Source: an uncultured virus (IMG/VR IMGVR_UViG_3300028187_000002) (taxonomy: Duplodnaviria; Heunggongvirae; Uroviricota; Caudoviricetes; Herelleviridae). From it: a DNA stretch of 20,000 nt. How positions within the stretch are numbered: position 1 is the stretch's first letter; the number at the start of each line of letters is the position of its first letter. Shown here one piece after another: positions 7,215 through 14,876 of the stretch. The stretch lies in IMG/VR virus record IMGVR_UViG_3300028187_000002. One strand, given 5' to 3'. Made by a program: the position numbers and the translations under genes. The notes below the pieces were generated by a model. That model saw only the letters and a list, made by a program, of their open reading frames with translations. It had not been told where the DNA came from and did not search any database.

Positions 7215-9248
7215 GTGAGTAAATTTATTGATGGGTTAAACCCAAGCCAAGAAACAGCAGTATTAGCAGTAGAAGGTCGTGTACAAATCAATGCAGTAGC
7301 AGGTAGTGGTAAGACTCGTGTTCTAACACACCGTGTAGCACACATGATTACTGACCTTAAAATCAAGCCTAAGCATATCATGATGACAACATTCACTAAG
7401 AAGGCTAGTGAAGAGATGGAAGAGCGTCTGTCTAAGCTTATCCCCCAGATGAAGCTAATGCAGTTAACAATTGGTACTACACACTCTATTGGTTACCGCA
7501 TCTTGAAGAAAGAGTATGAAGCGTTAGGTGACTCTAGAATGTGGGCATTTAAGAAGAAGGATGGAGTACTAATGGGTAACTCTCAAAAGTACTTTGCTGA
7601 GAGTATAGTCAAGGCTATCATGATGGATAGAACAATTGAGTTCAGTATCAAAGAAGAGCTAAGAGACATGCCTATCCCAGGATTACTGAAGGTAGTAGGA
7701 TTGACTAAGAATAATGGTCAGAACTACCAAGACTTTGAAGAAGAGAATAGTGGTAAGGGTACTAGAATGGATTGCTATATCGAGTTCTTCAGACGCTATG
7801 AGATTACTAAGCAGAGCCAAGATAAGATTGATGGTGACGACATGCTATACCTTCTATGGAAGCTGTTTAAGGAGCACCCAGAAGTACTTAAAAAGTACCA
7901 AGACATCTACAAATACATACTAGTGGATGAAGCACAAGATAGCAACTCATTACAGTATGAGCTAATGAGCATGCTAGCTTATCCAGAGAATAACTTATTT
8001 ATCGTAGGTGATGACGACCAGTCTATGTACGGTTTCCGTGGTGCTAAACCAGAACAGTTTATAGAGTTTAGCTCTTCATACAAGAATGTACAGTCCATTG
8101 CATTAGAAGACAACTACCGTAGTAACCCAGCTATTCTACAGATTGCTAACAATCTGATTAAACATAACACTAAGCGTATCAAGAAAACGCTTAAAGCACA
8201 TAAGCAAGATAACAGTGATTGTACAGCATTATCTGTATTCAGAGATGAGACAGAGGAAGCTAAACAGGTAGTAGATGATATCAAGATTCAGATAGAGAAG
8301 AAAGGTAGAGGTCATAAGGACATTGCTATCCTTTACCGTACTAATTCTCAATCTCGTGCTCTAGAAGATGAGCTAATCATGTCAGGTCTACCATATGTTA
8401 TCCATGGAGGTATTTCCTTCTATGAGCGTAAGGAGATTAAGGACATTGTATCTTACCTTAAACTGGCTATTGACCCTCATGCAGATACAGCGTTCAAGCG
8501 TGTGTATAACGTTCCAAGTCGTTATCTAGGTAAAGTGTTCTTTGAGAAGGTTAAGTCATATGATGGCTCACATTGGGAAGCTATTACTTCTGGTAAGTTA
8601 TCTCTTAAAGGTTATGAAACTAATGGTATTCTAAGCTTTACAGCAGTAGTGAGAGAACTACAAGAGCTTCTACGTAAGGATAGTACTCCTACTGATTTAG
8701 TAAATCATTTATTAGACAATGCTGGGTACCGTGAGTATATCCTAGGTGAGGACGATGAGGAAGAAAGTAACCGTCTAGAGAATATTGAGACATTAAAGTA
8801 CGTGTTAGACCGTTATGAGAACGTTGAGGACTTCCTAGGCTATATTGAGATGATGACTTCTCAAGCTAAACATAGTATTGACGGTGTTCAGCTAATGACT
8901 ATCCATAAGAGTAAGGGTCTTGAGTTCCCTGTAGCATTCTGTGTGGGTGTGTCTGAAGGAGTATTGCCTCACTTTAGAGCAGTAGAGTCAGAAAATGATG
9001 GTAAGCCTTTGGCTATTGAGGAAGAGCGTAGATTGTTATATGTTGGTATTACAAGAGCAGAGAGTGAAGTATATATCTCTTGCCTACAATCTTATAATGG
9101 TAGACGTTGTATGGTGAGTCGCTTTGCTAAAGAGCTAGGCATGAGTGCCTTTAGTGCCAAAGCAGTTAATGAAGAGTATGATAGCCGAGTATATCAACAT
9201 ATTAGAGAGCAAGAAGAGGCTATGATGAGAGGTATAGTGGGGGAGTAA
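7215..9248 (+). CDS. pcrA: ATP-dependent DNA helicase, UvrD/PcrA family (SF1A)
   Basis: AVAGSGKT, TFTKKA, VDEAQD, VGDDDQSMYGFRGA, NYRS, ILYRTN, TIHKSKGLEF and EERRLLYVGITRA motifs. Confidence 0.97.
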   Translation: MSKFIDGLNPSQETAVLAVEGRVQINAVAGSGKTRVLTHRVAHMITDLKIKPKHIMMTTFTKKASEEMEERLSKLIPQMKLMQLTIGTTHSIGYRILKKEYEALGDSRMWAFKKKDGVLMGNSQKYFAESIVKAIMMDRTIEFSIKEELRDMPIPGLLKVVGLTKNNGQNYQDFEEENSGKGTRMDCYIEFFRRYEITKQSQDKIDGDDMLYLLWKLFKEHPEVLKKYQDIYKYILVDEAQDSNSLQYELMSMLAYPENNLFIVGDDDQSMYGFRGAKPEQFIEFSSSYKNVQSIALEDNYRSNPAILQIANNLIKHNTKRIKKTLKAHKQDNSDCTALSVFRDETEEAKQVVDDIKIQIEKKGRGHKDIAILYRTNSQSRALEDELIMSGLPYVIHGGISFYERKEIKDIVSYLKLAIDPHADTAFKRVYNVPSRYLGKVFFEKVKSYDGSHWEAITSGKLSLKGYETNGILSFTAVVRELQELLRKDSTPTDLVNHLLDNAGYREYILGEDDEEESNRLENIETLKYVLDRYENVEDFLGYIEMMTSQAKHSIDGVQLMTIHKSKGLEFPVAFCVGVSEGVLPHFRAVESENDGKPLAIEEERRLLYVGITRAESEVYISCLQSYNGRRCMVSRFAKELGMSAFSAKAVNEEYDSRVYQHIREQEEAMMRGIVGE

Positions 9249-9283
9249 TTCCCCCTCTTGCTTTCTTAGAAGAGGGGTATACG

Positions 9284-9418
9284 TTAGTTAAGTGTACTAA
9301 TTGTTATCATCCATACACTTCCTCACCAAAGTTTAGTGATACCCAGCCTGATGAGGTGGAAGATGGCTTGTGTCATGCATGTAAGAAGCTAGAAGCAGAA
9401 CTAGATATAGTTTGGTAG
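9284..9418 (+). CDS. Possible 44-aa CxxC...CxxC protein with no canonical start codon (not in the ORF track)
   Basis: Frame reads LVKCTNCYHPY...GLCHACKKLEAELDIVW*. The RBS-like GAGGGG at 9272-9277 points at a TTA codon. Confidence 0.5.
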   Translation, partial: LVKCTNCYHPYTSSPKFSDTQPDEVEDGLCHACKKLEAELDIVW

Positions 9419-9449
9419 AAAAGACAACCGAGAAAAAGGAGAGGTTCAG

Positions 9450-10202
9450 ATGAACAAGGTATATGAGGAGACTATCAAGAAGGTTAGTGAGTTGCTAAAG
9501 GGGAGCAAGAAGACGGTGGTGTTGAGTGGGGCTGGACTTTCAACCGAATGCGGGCTACAGGATTTTAGAAGCTCTAGCGGTCTCTACAAAAACAGACGTA
9601 TTCAAGAATTAGCTACTACTAGAGGGTTGTGGGATAGCACCTTTGAATTTACTGAGTACTATAGAGAGAGAATTGGTCAAGTGTTAAGTAATGAGCCTGA
9701 TGAGTCTTATATGTGTATTAATGACTGGGCTGAGCAAGGACTGGTACATCACATTATCACCCAGAATGTTGATGGATATCATAGCCAAGTCAATACTGCT
9801 AAGATTCCTGTGCATATGTTGCATGGTGATTTAGCTAGTTGCTTCTGCTCTGCATGTAAAAAGAGTACTCCTAGTTCTTATTACCTGCATAACATCAGAT
9901 GTCCTCATTGTGGTGGACTTCTTAGACCTAACATCGTTCTATTTAACGAGCAGTTATCCCAGAACACTTTAGCCTTATCATTATCTGCGGTGCAGAATGC
10001 TGACCTTACTATTGTAATGGGTTCTTCCCTACAGGTAACCCCAGCAGCTATTCTACCTGCCTACACTAAGAAGAATGGTGGAAGCTTAGTAATCATTAAT
10101 AATGACGAGACACAGCTAGACCATATAGCTGATGTAGTTATAAACGCCCCTCTTGGGAGAACAATAGCGGAAATCAATAAGGAACTAGGTACTTCAGCCT
10201 AG
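9450..10202 (+). CDS. cobB: Sir2-family NAD+-dependent protein deacylase (CobB-like)
   Basis: GAGLS...DFR, TQNVDG.H, catalytic HG, CxxC/CxxC, RPNIVLF, GSSLQV.PA and IIN motifs. Confidence 0.93.
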   Translation: MNKVYEETIKKVSELLKGSKKTVVLSGAGLSTECGLQDFRSSSGLYKNRRIQELATTRGLWDSTFEFTEYYRERIGQVLSNEPDESYMCINDWAEQGLVHHIITQNVDGYHSQVNTAKIPVHMLHGDLASCFCSACKKSTPSSYYLHNIRCPHCGGLLRPNIVLFNEQLSQNTLALSLSAVQNADLTIVMGSSLQVTPAAILPAYTKKNGGSLVIINNDETQLDHIADVVINAPLGRTIAEINKELGTSA

Positions 10203-10210
10203 TTCCTTTT
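10179..10210 (+). terminator. Intrinsic terminator
   Basis: AAGGAACTAGG/CCTAGTTCCTT 11-bp dyad plus T-tract. Confidence 0.85.
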
Positions 10211-10217
10211 CATTTGT

Positions 10218-10246
10218 TTGACTTCTGGGGTGGTTTCCTTCAAAAT
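10218..10246 (+). promoter_or_regulatory. Promoter P4 (TTGACT-17-CAAAAT)
   Basis: Same motif, immediately after a terminator. Confidence 0.7.
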
Positions 10247-10260
10247 GAAGTCATCAAGTT

Positions 10261-10326
10261 GAGTTGGTTGGTTCACTCTACGGAGTAGCTAAGGATGGAG
10301 ATTCCGTTCTTCGGGCAAACTAACTT
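10261..10326 (+). promoter_or_regulatory. Structured 5' leader (predicted three-way junction)
   Basis: Closing stem GAGTTGGTT/AACTAACTT encloses ACTC-TACG-GAGT and AGGATGGA-GAT-TCCGTTCT hairpins. Confidence 0.5.
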
Positions 10327-10360
10327 CAAAAGATACCAAAGATAAAAGGAGCTGGTTATA

Positions 10361-10765
10361 ATGGCAGTAAAACAACGTATTATCACTAAACAAATGCAGG
10401 CACATGTAGACCAATATCTAAAGATATATGAGGCATCTAAAACTCTAGAGAAAGAATTGAAAAGATTACGTGGTCTTATAGAAGATGAAATGGAAGCACG
10501 TCAGGTGTACGCTATATCAGGTACTAATGGTGGTGGAGTTGAGCTACAAGAGGGTGAGAGAGTAGTGCAGAATGCTTTGTACACTACGTATGACCCTTCA
10601 TTACTAACTGCTATCCCTGCTGGGTTGGCACGTCAGTGTAAGGAGATTGTAGTCAACAAGGATATGGTAGAGGGATTTATCAAAGAGAAGAAGCTATCTA
10701 GAAAGATGTGTGATGAGTTTAAGATTAAGAAGCCTTCTGTAACATTCAAGACTACAGTACTATAA
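10361..10765 (+). CDS. Hypothetical coiled-coil protein (weak Gp157/Gam-like architecture)
   Basis: AAAGGAG RBS; N-terminal coiled coil followed by a small C-terminal domain. Family assignment is tentative. Confidence 0.75.
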   Translation: MAVKQRIITKQMQAHVDQYLKIYEASKTLEKELKRLRGLIEDEMEARQVYAISGTNGGGVELQEGERVVQNALYTTYDPSLLTAIPAGLARQCKEIVVNKDMVEGFIKEKKLSRKMCDEFKIKKPSVTFKTTVL

Positions 10766-10784
10766 ACATAGGAGGTGGGGGTCT

Positions 10785-11165
10785 ATGGGTCTCTTTGGAG
10801 ATTTCTTTAGACGGTTGGGTGGGAAGGCTTATGAGCGAGATTTACGTAAGCAGTATGATCATCGTAAGCGTAAGTGGACAGAGCACGGGTACTGGAAGAA
10901 CATCGGTACCCCTATCCATGATAACTGGGAATGGGTTGACCTTAAACCTGGAAAGTATGAAGCCCCTAAGTGGCTTAATGTTATAGAGATGCCTGAAGGT
11001 CATTACCTTATAAAACTAACTGATGAGATACTTCCTGATACAGAAGAGGTTGTCAAATGTGGATGCGTAAGGGACGTAGAAATTTCTGTAGAGCTATTGA
11101 AAAGTTATTATGAGTGTCTAGGTGACGTAATAGTTGACGTTAATACCGAGAAGAGAACAATTTAA
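10785..11165 (+). CDS. Hypothetical protein
   Basis: AGGAGGT RBS; amphipathic N-terminus MGLFGDFFRRL. Confidence 0.75.
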   Translation: MGLFGDFFRRLGGKAYERDLRKQYDHRKRKWTEHGYWKNIGTPIHDNWEWVDLKPGKYEAPKWLNVIEMPEGHYLIKLTDEILPDTEEVVKCGCVRDVEISVELLKSYYECLGDVIVDVNTEKRTI

Positions 11166-11202
11166 TCGTCCTCGTTTTATTAATCCAAAGGAGAGTGTCT
11201 GT

Positions 11203-11433
11203 ATGACAAACGTGATTGAGTTTACAGCTAAGAGTAGTCGTAAGGGAGTAGCATCAGTACCAGTTAAGGGTGACCTTTTTGACCAGATGTTAGCTAGTGA
11301 GATAGAAACAGTATTAAAGGCTACAGGTTTACCAGATGGGGAGTCAGCTATCAAGTTTGTATCTGACTTTTATAGAAAGTATCCAGCGTTAGTGGAATAT
11401 GCTCGTAGTCAAGAGAACCTACTAAGGAGGTAA
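11203..11433 (+). CDS. Hypothetical protein
   Basis: Start moved to ATG 11203 after AAAGGAGAG. Confidence 0.75.
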   Translation: MTNVIEFTAKSSRKGVASVPVKGDLFDQMLASEIETVLKATGLPDGESAIKFVSDFYRKYPALVEYARSQENLLRR

Positions 11434-11438
11434 CTGTG

Positions 11439-11690
11439 ATGGCTGACCAAATGATTATGCATTTTCGTAGAATGAGGGGTATTCCTGTAAAGGGTAGACT
11501 AGTATTAGAAGTCAACTACGAAGAGGGTACAATTAAGCAAGTTAGAGAAGGCTTAGATGAGAATGGTTCAGATAAGTGGATGCACGATGACTTACCTGAA
11601 GAGTGCAAGTATTGTGGTAAGGAAGTAGACAATGCAGGTAAGGTTGCCTGTAACAGTTGCATAGATAAACGTAAAGATACGTTGGAGTAG
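11439..11690 (+). CDS. Hypothetical protein with a C-terminal zinc ribbon
   Basis: AAGGAGG RBS; CKYC...CNSC. Confidence 0.75.
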   Translation: MADQMIMHFRRMRGIPVKGRLVLEVNYEEGTIKQVREGLDENGSDKWMHDDLPEECKYCGKEVDNAGKVACNSCIDKRKDTLE

Positions 11691-11702
11691 GAGGAAATTA
11701 TT

Positions 11703-11825
11703 ATGGATAACAATATTATGGGTGGATTAGCTAGAGCATTACGTAACTATCACTACTATGAGAAGTCAGGACGTAACCCCGTCCTGTCTCCTTTCTCACT
11801 ATTCCGTAGATTATTCAATAGCTAG
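11703..11825 (+). CDS. 40-aa small protein (below the ORF-track cutoff)
   Basis: AGGAGG RBS; MDNNIMGGLARALRNYHYYEKSGRNPVLSPFSLFRRLFNS*; fills the gap between its neighbours. Confidence 0.7.
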   Translation: MDNNIMGGLARALRNYHYYEKSGRNPVLSPFSLFRRLFNS

Positions 11826-11847
11826 TCCCCTAAAGGGGGTGAGACCT

Positions 11848-12039
11848 GTGGGGAAGCGTAAGGACACTTTGATAGCTTTTCAGCTAGAAGTAAGTGAAGC
11901 CATGAGGAAGAATAAGCACGGCTATAAGACTTTGCTGAAGCGAGTACAGAACAAAGTGTTTCGTAATATTACTAGGTCAGAGCATGAGAGTACGTTGGAG
12001 AGTTTAGTAGTCAAGAAGTGGAGCAGTAGAGATGTTTGA
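11848..12039 (+). CDS. Hypothetical basic protein
   Basis: GTG start after AAAGGGGGTG; the 11758 start would overlap the 40-aa ORF. Confidence 0.7.
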   Translation: MGKRKDTLIAFQLEVSEAMRKNKHGYKTLLKRVQNKVFRNITRSEHESTLESLVVKKWSSRDV

Positions 12040-12117
12040 CAACTGGTGAGGATACACAATATTTGGTTCTAACATCAAGAGACCACACATAGTCTAATAT
12101 AAAAAGGAGTGTGTTCT

Positions 12118-12300
12118 ATGAAAGGGAGAAGAGAAGCTGTAGTAAAGTTGAATGTGATTAAGATAGATATTGATTACCAGTTACAGGCTTTATTTGATGC
12201 TATGCAGTCTAAAGATGACCAAGCCAAACAACAAGCTAAAGCTAACCTCTATACCCTTCGCAACCAGTTGAATGACCAGACAAAACTTATGGGGGTATAG
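12118..12300 (+). CDS. Hypothetical helical protein
   Basis: ATG 12118 is properly spaced from AAAAGGAG. Confidence 0.7.
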   Translation: MKGRREAVVKLNVIKIDIDYQLQALFDAMQSKDDQAKQQAKANLYTLRNQLNDQTKLMGV

Positions 12301-12302
12301 TT

Positions 12303-12563
12303 ATGAAAGGCTTCATCAAGTATATTCCATGGGCAATACGAGCAGCATCTATACTGATGTTATTTATCTACTTGGGTAATGTGAAAGATATGATTGATAT
12401 TTATAACACCAGGGTAGAAGATGCACAGTCTGCTATGCAGGCTACCCAATTGTCTAGTGAGTCAATTATGCAAATGATACGACATGTAGCAGTAGTAGTC
12501 ACTTTTGGTTTATTGTGGATAGCATTAGAGATTAATGTGATACGTGGTATGGAGAAGAAGTAG
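12303..12563 (+). CDS. Small membrane protein with two predicted TM helices
   Basis: Hydrophobic segments WAIRAASILMLFIYL and VAVVVTFGLLWIAL. Confidence 0.75.
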   Translation: MKGFIKYIPWAIRAASILMLFIYLGNVKDMIDIYNTRVEDAQSAMQATQLSSESIMQMIRHVAVVVTFGLLWIALEINVIRGMEKK

Positions 12564-12640
12564 ACTTTGTTAGATGCTTGCCCCTTAGGGGGTGAGTATT
12601 ATAGAGAGTCTAAGGCTCTGAGTTAAAAGGGGAGAGGAAT

Positions 12641-12844
12641 ATGAATAGTAGGGGAGTAGGCATTGCATATGGTAGAGTCAAGCAAGATAATAGGCATAAG
12701 GACAAGATTATCAAGGAACACCGAGGTAGAATAAGAGAACTAGAAATACAGGTAAGAAGGCAAGAAGATATCATCAGAGAACAGGCTAGACAGATAAAGG
12801 AGCATAATGAACTCTGGAGGGGATTAGATGAAACTAGAAAATAG
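12641..12844 (+). CDS. Hypothetical coiled-coil protein
   Basis: AAAAGGGGAGAGG RBS. Confidence 0.75.
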   Translation: MNSRGVGIAYGRVKQDNRHKDKIIKEHRGRIRELEIQVRRQEDIIREQARQIKEHNELWRGLDETRK

Positions 12845-13130
12845 TAAAGAAGACTTGATTGTGTGTATACGTTCAGCAATGTTAGAGGGAGCAGAATGGA
12901 TGTCTCTATTAGTGGTGATGCCAGAGCACCCAGCACCACAGCTTATTATTGACCCTAAGGAAAACTTTACTGCAAGACTTAACTTTCTACGCAATACATA
13001 CAACGAGAATTTAGAACATGCTCACAACCCAGCAGTACGAATCGTAGGGTTTTCTAGCGGGTCTAGTGTATCTAAAGTATCTAAGATTTATAAGCTATAT
13101 ATGAAAAAACTACAAGAGGGAGAGAAATAA
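12828..13130 (+). CDS. Hypothetical phage protein
   Basis: GGAGGGG RBS, 100 aa. Confidence 0.8.
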   Translation: MKLENSKEDLIVCIRSAMLEGAEWMSLLVVMPEHPAPQLIIDPKENFTARLNFLRNTYNENLEHAHNPAVRIVGFSSGSSVSKVSKIYKLYMKKLQEGEK

Positions 13131-13131
13131 T

Positions 13132-13554
13132 ATGAAACTAATCATTGGTAAGGTGGCGTCTGGTAAGAGCCAGAGGGTAATTGATATCGCTAAGGAGAAG
13201 GCAGTTGAGGGTAAGGCTACTTTGATTGTGACAAGCCTAGCAGATGAACTAGGGGAGCGCTTTGGAGCTGCTAAACGTGAGTTATCAGAGCATAAAGATA
13301 ACTTCATGGTCACCTCCATTAGACCAGATACCTCCAGTAACCCAGAGATGGCAGTAGTAAAGGGTATGATCCCTGTATTTGGAGCAGTACCTGATGTTAT
13401 AATCGTACATGCTGAGATATTCTCTAGGGAACTGGTGTTAGCCTTAATGAACCTAGAACCAGTGTTGAAAGCAGAGGTTTATATGGTGGTACAAGCCAAT
13501 AGCGAGTTTGCACCAGGAGTACAGGTAGTAGACGTGGAAGAGGTGATTAACTAA
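13132..13554 (+). CDS. Small P-loop protein, possibly a degenerate NTPase
   Basis: N-terminal LIIGKVASGKS Walker A; the Walker B-like strand DVIIVHAE lacks the Asp. Confidence 0.7.
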   Translation: MKLIIGKVASGKSQRVIDIAKEKAVEGKATLIVTSLADELGERFGAAKRELSEHKDNFMVTSIRPDTSSNPEMAVVKGMIPVFGAVPDVIIVHAEIFSRELVLALMNLEPVLKAEVYMVVQANSEFAPGVQVVDVEEVIN

Positions 13555-13814
13555 TGGTAGTAGTATCTTCTAGAAAGTTTGCTAATTTGCTAAACATGAT
13601 TAAAGGTCTAGAGTTAGTAGATGCAGAGATAATTATACATGATGACAATAGTGGTAATTTTGATGAGGTTGTACTAAAGTTTAAGGATGGTAAAGACCAG
13701 AAGGTAGTTAGTATTACTCCTGATTGGGAGCAGAGGAAGTCCGATAGAGATATTATTGATACTACTCTAGTGGTTGATGTCACTGAGATGGTTACTACTA
13801 GGCTCATAAAATAA
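13554..13814 (+). CDS. Hypothetical protein
   Basis: TAATG coupling and GAGGTG RBS. Confidence 0.75.
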   Translation: MVVVSSRKFANLLNMIKGLELVDAEIIIHDDNSGNFDEVVLKFKDGKDQKVVSITPDWEQRKSDRDIIDTTLVVDVTEMVTTRLIK

Positions 13815-13829
13815 AGGGGGACAAGCTTT

Positions 13830-14114
13830 ATGAATACAGTTAAAGATGCTAAGTTAAAGAGGGTACTTGAGTTACGACACATGATAGAAGAGACTAAGAA
13901 GAATGAGACAGAGATGTCTAAGGAACTATCCACTCTAGAGAAGGAACTATATATGGAGTGTGAACATGAACGTATGACTCGTGTAAGTGATTGGGAGAGG
14001 GTAGACACTAGTACAGAGCTAGTATTCATGAAAGCTAACTACAAGTGCGATGAGTGTGGTCACATAGAATCCATTATGGGAAGGGCGGATAGCAATGTTG
14101 GCATCAACAAATAA
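13830..14114 (+). CDS. Hypothetical coiled-coil protein with CEH...CDECGH zinc motif
   Basis: AAAGGGG RBS. Confidence 0.75.
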   Translation: MNTVKDAKLKRVLELRHMIEETKKNETEMSKELSTLEKELYMECEHERMTRVSDWERVDTSTELVFMKANYKCDECGHIESIMGRADSNVGINK

Positions 14115-14508
14115 CGATGAGGCTATACAGAAGATGCTTAATGATAACTGTGAAGTGCGATTCATTCGTATACATAATGGTGAGGTAAGGGAGTTATGCA
14201 TGGAGCGTTTTGGTAAGGCATTCGTTGTACGCTTCGCACCGTTAAGTGACCCTAAGATAATGAAACCAGAGTATTCTGTCTATAAGGTAGGGAGAAATGG
14301 TAGAGAGATTAGAGTAGCAGCCTTCTTTGCAGAGGAACTAGAAGACAATATGGCTAACTTTGGTTTCCGTGATGGCATGCTAGATGAATGGTATGGGAAA
14401 CTAGTAGATAACCCTAATGAGAGGTTCTATAACTCTAACCACACATTCTACATTGCTAGAACCCCTGAAAGTGAACGTGGATTTAAGAACAGTATACTAC
14501 CATACTAG
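14095..14508 (+). CDS. Hypothetical protein
   Basis: 137 aa, ending directly at a terminator. Confidence 0.75.
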   Translation: MLASTNNDEAIQKMLNDNCEVRFIRIHNGEVRELCMERFGKAFVVRFAPLSDPKIMKPEYSVYKVGRNGREIRVAAFFAEELEDNMANFGFRDGMLDEWYGKLVDNPNERFYNSNHTFYIARTPESERGFKNSILPY

Positions 14509-14535
14509 GACTCCTACGGGAGTCCTTTTCTTTTT
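14507..14535 (+). terminator. Intrinsic terminator with a UACG tetraloop
   Basis: AGGACTCC-TACG-GGAGTCCT followed by TTTCTTTTT. Confidence 0.9.
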
Positions 14536-14574
14536 GTCCTCCGTCTCCTTTCCCCTCCTACAAAACTTTCTAAT

Positions 14575-14607
14575 GAAGTTCCCAATCATTCTCCTATTGG
14601 GAACTTC
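14575..14607. repeat. Perfect 12-bp inverted repeat
   Basis: GAAGTTCCCAAT-N9-ATTGGGAACTTC. Confidence 0.85.
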
Positions 14608-14728
14608 CCCCGAATCCGTTTGCCTTTCCGAGAACTTTCCTATTAGATTTGATAACGATTTCTCTTGTTTGAAATTGTATCCAAACTTCATATATTTCTT
14701 TATAGTTGGTAACATTAGGAGGTGCATG

Positions 14729-14875
14729 ATGGAAGGACAGAAGAGAGTAGTAGAAGCTATAGTAGACGGAGTAAGAGTCACAGGAGTCCTAGTTGCCAGT
14801 GAGAATGGCAAGTATGTAATACAGCTTGAGGATGGTAGCAGAGTAGTGTCTGATAATATCAAGGAGGTAGAATAG
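14729..14875 (+). CDS. 48-aa small beta-rich protein (first gene of the cassette)
   Basis: AGGAGGT RBS at 14717-14723; this is the C-terminal part of the ORF-track 14417 ORF. Confidence 0.75.
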   Translation: MEGQKRVVEAIVDGVRVTGVLVASENGKYVIQLEDGSRVVSDNIKEVE

Positions 14876-14876
14876 A

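Noticed and set aside
5124..10202. SLOG plus Sir2 as a Thoeris ThsA-like defence system
   Set aside because: They are separate genes about 4 kb apart in different transcription units. The Sir2 is a zinc-binding CobB-type deacylase, and no TIR gene is visible.
12036..12064. Promoter at a perfect TTGACA
   Set aside because: There is no acceptable -10 box at 16-18 bp spacing.
12303..12563. Holin
   Set aside because: It has two TM segments, but there is no adjacent endolysin and it lies in an early/middle region.
14497..14589. Minus-strand 30-aa peptide (MIGNFIRKF...) as a type I toxin
   Set aside because: AGGAGA abuts the ATG, the peptide has no transmembrane segment, and it runs through the terminator.
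14417..14728. N-terminal part of the 152-aa ORF
   Set aside because: It runs through a terminator and regulatory DNA; the RBS supports a start at 14726 or 14729.
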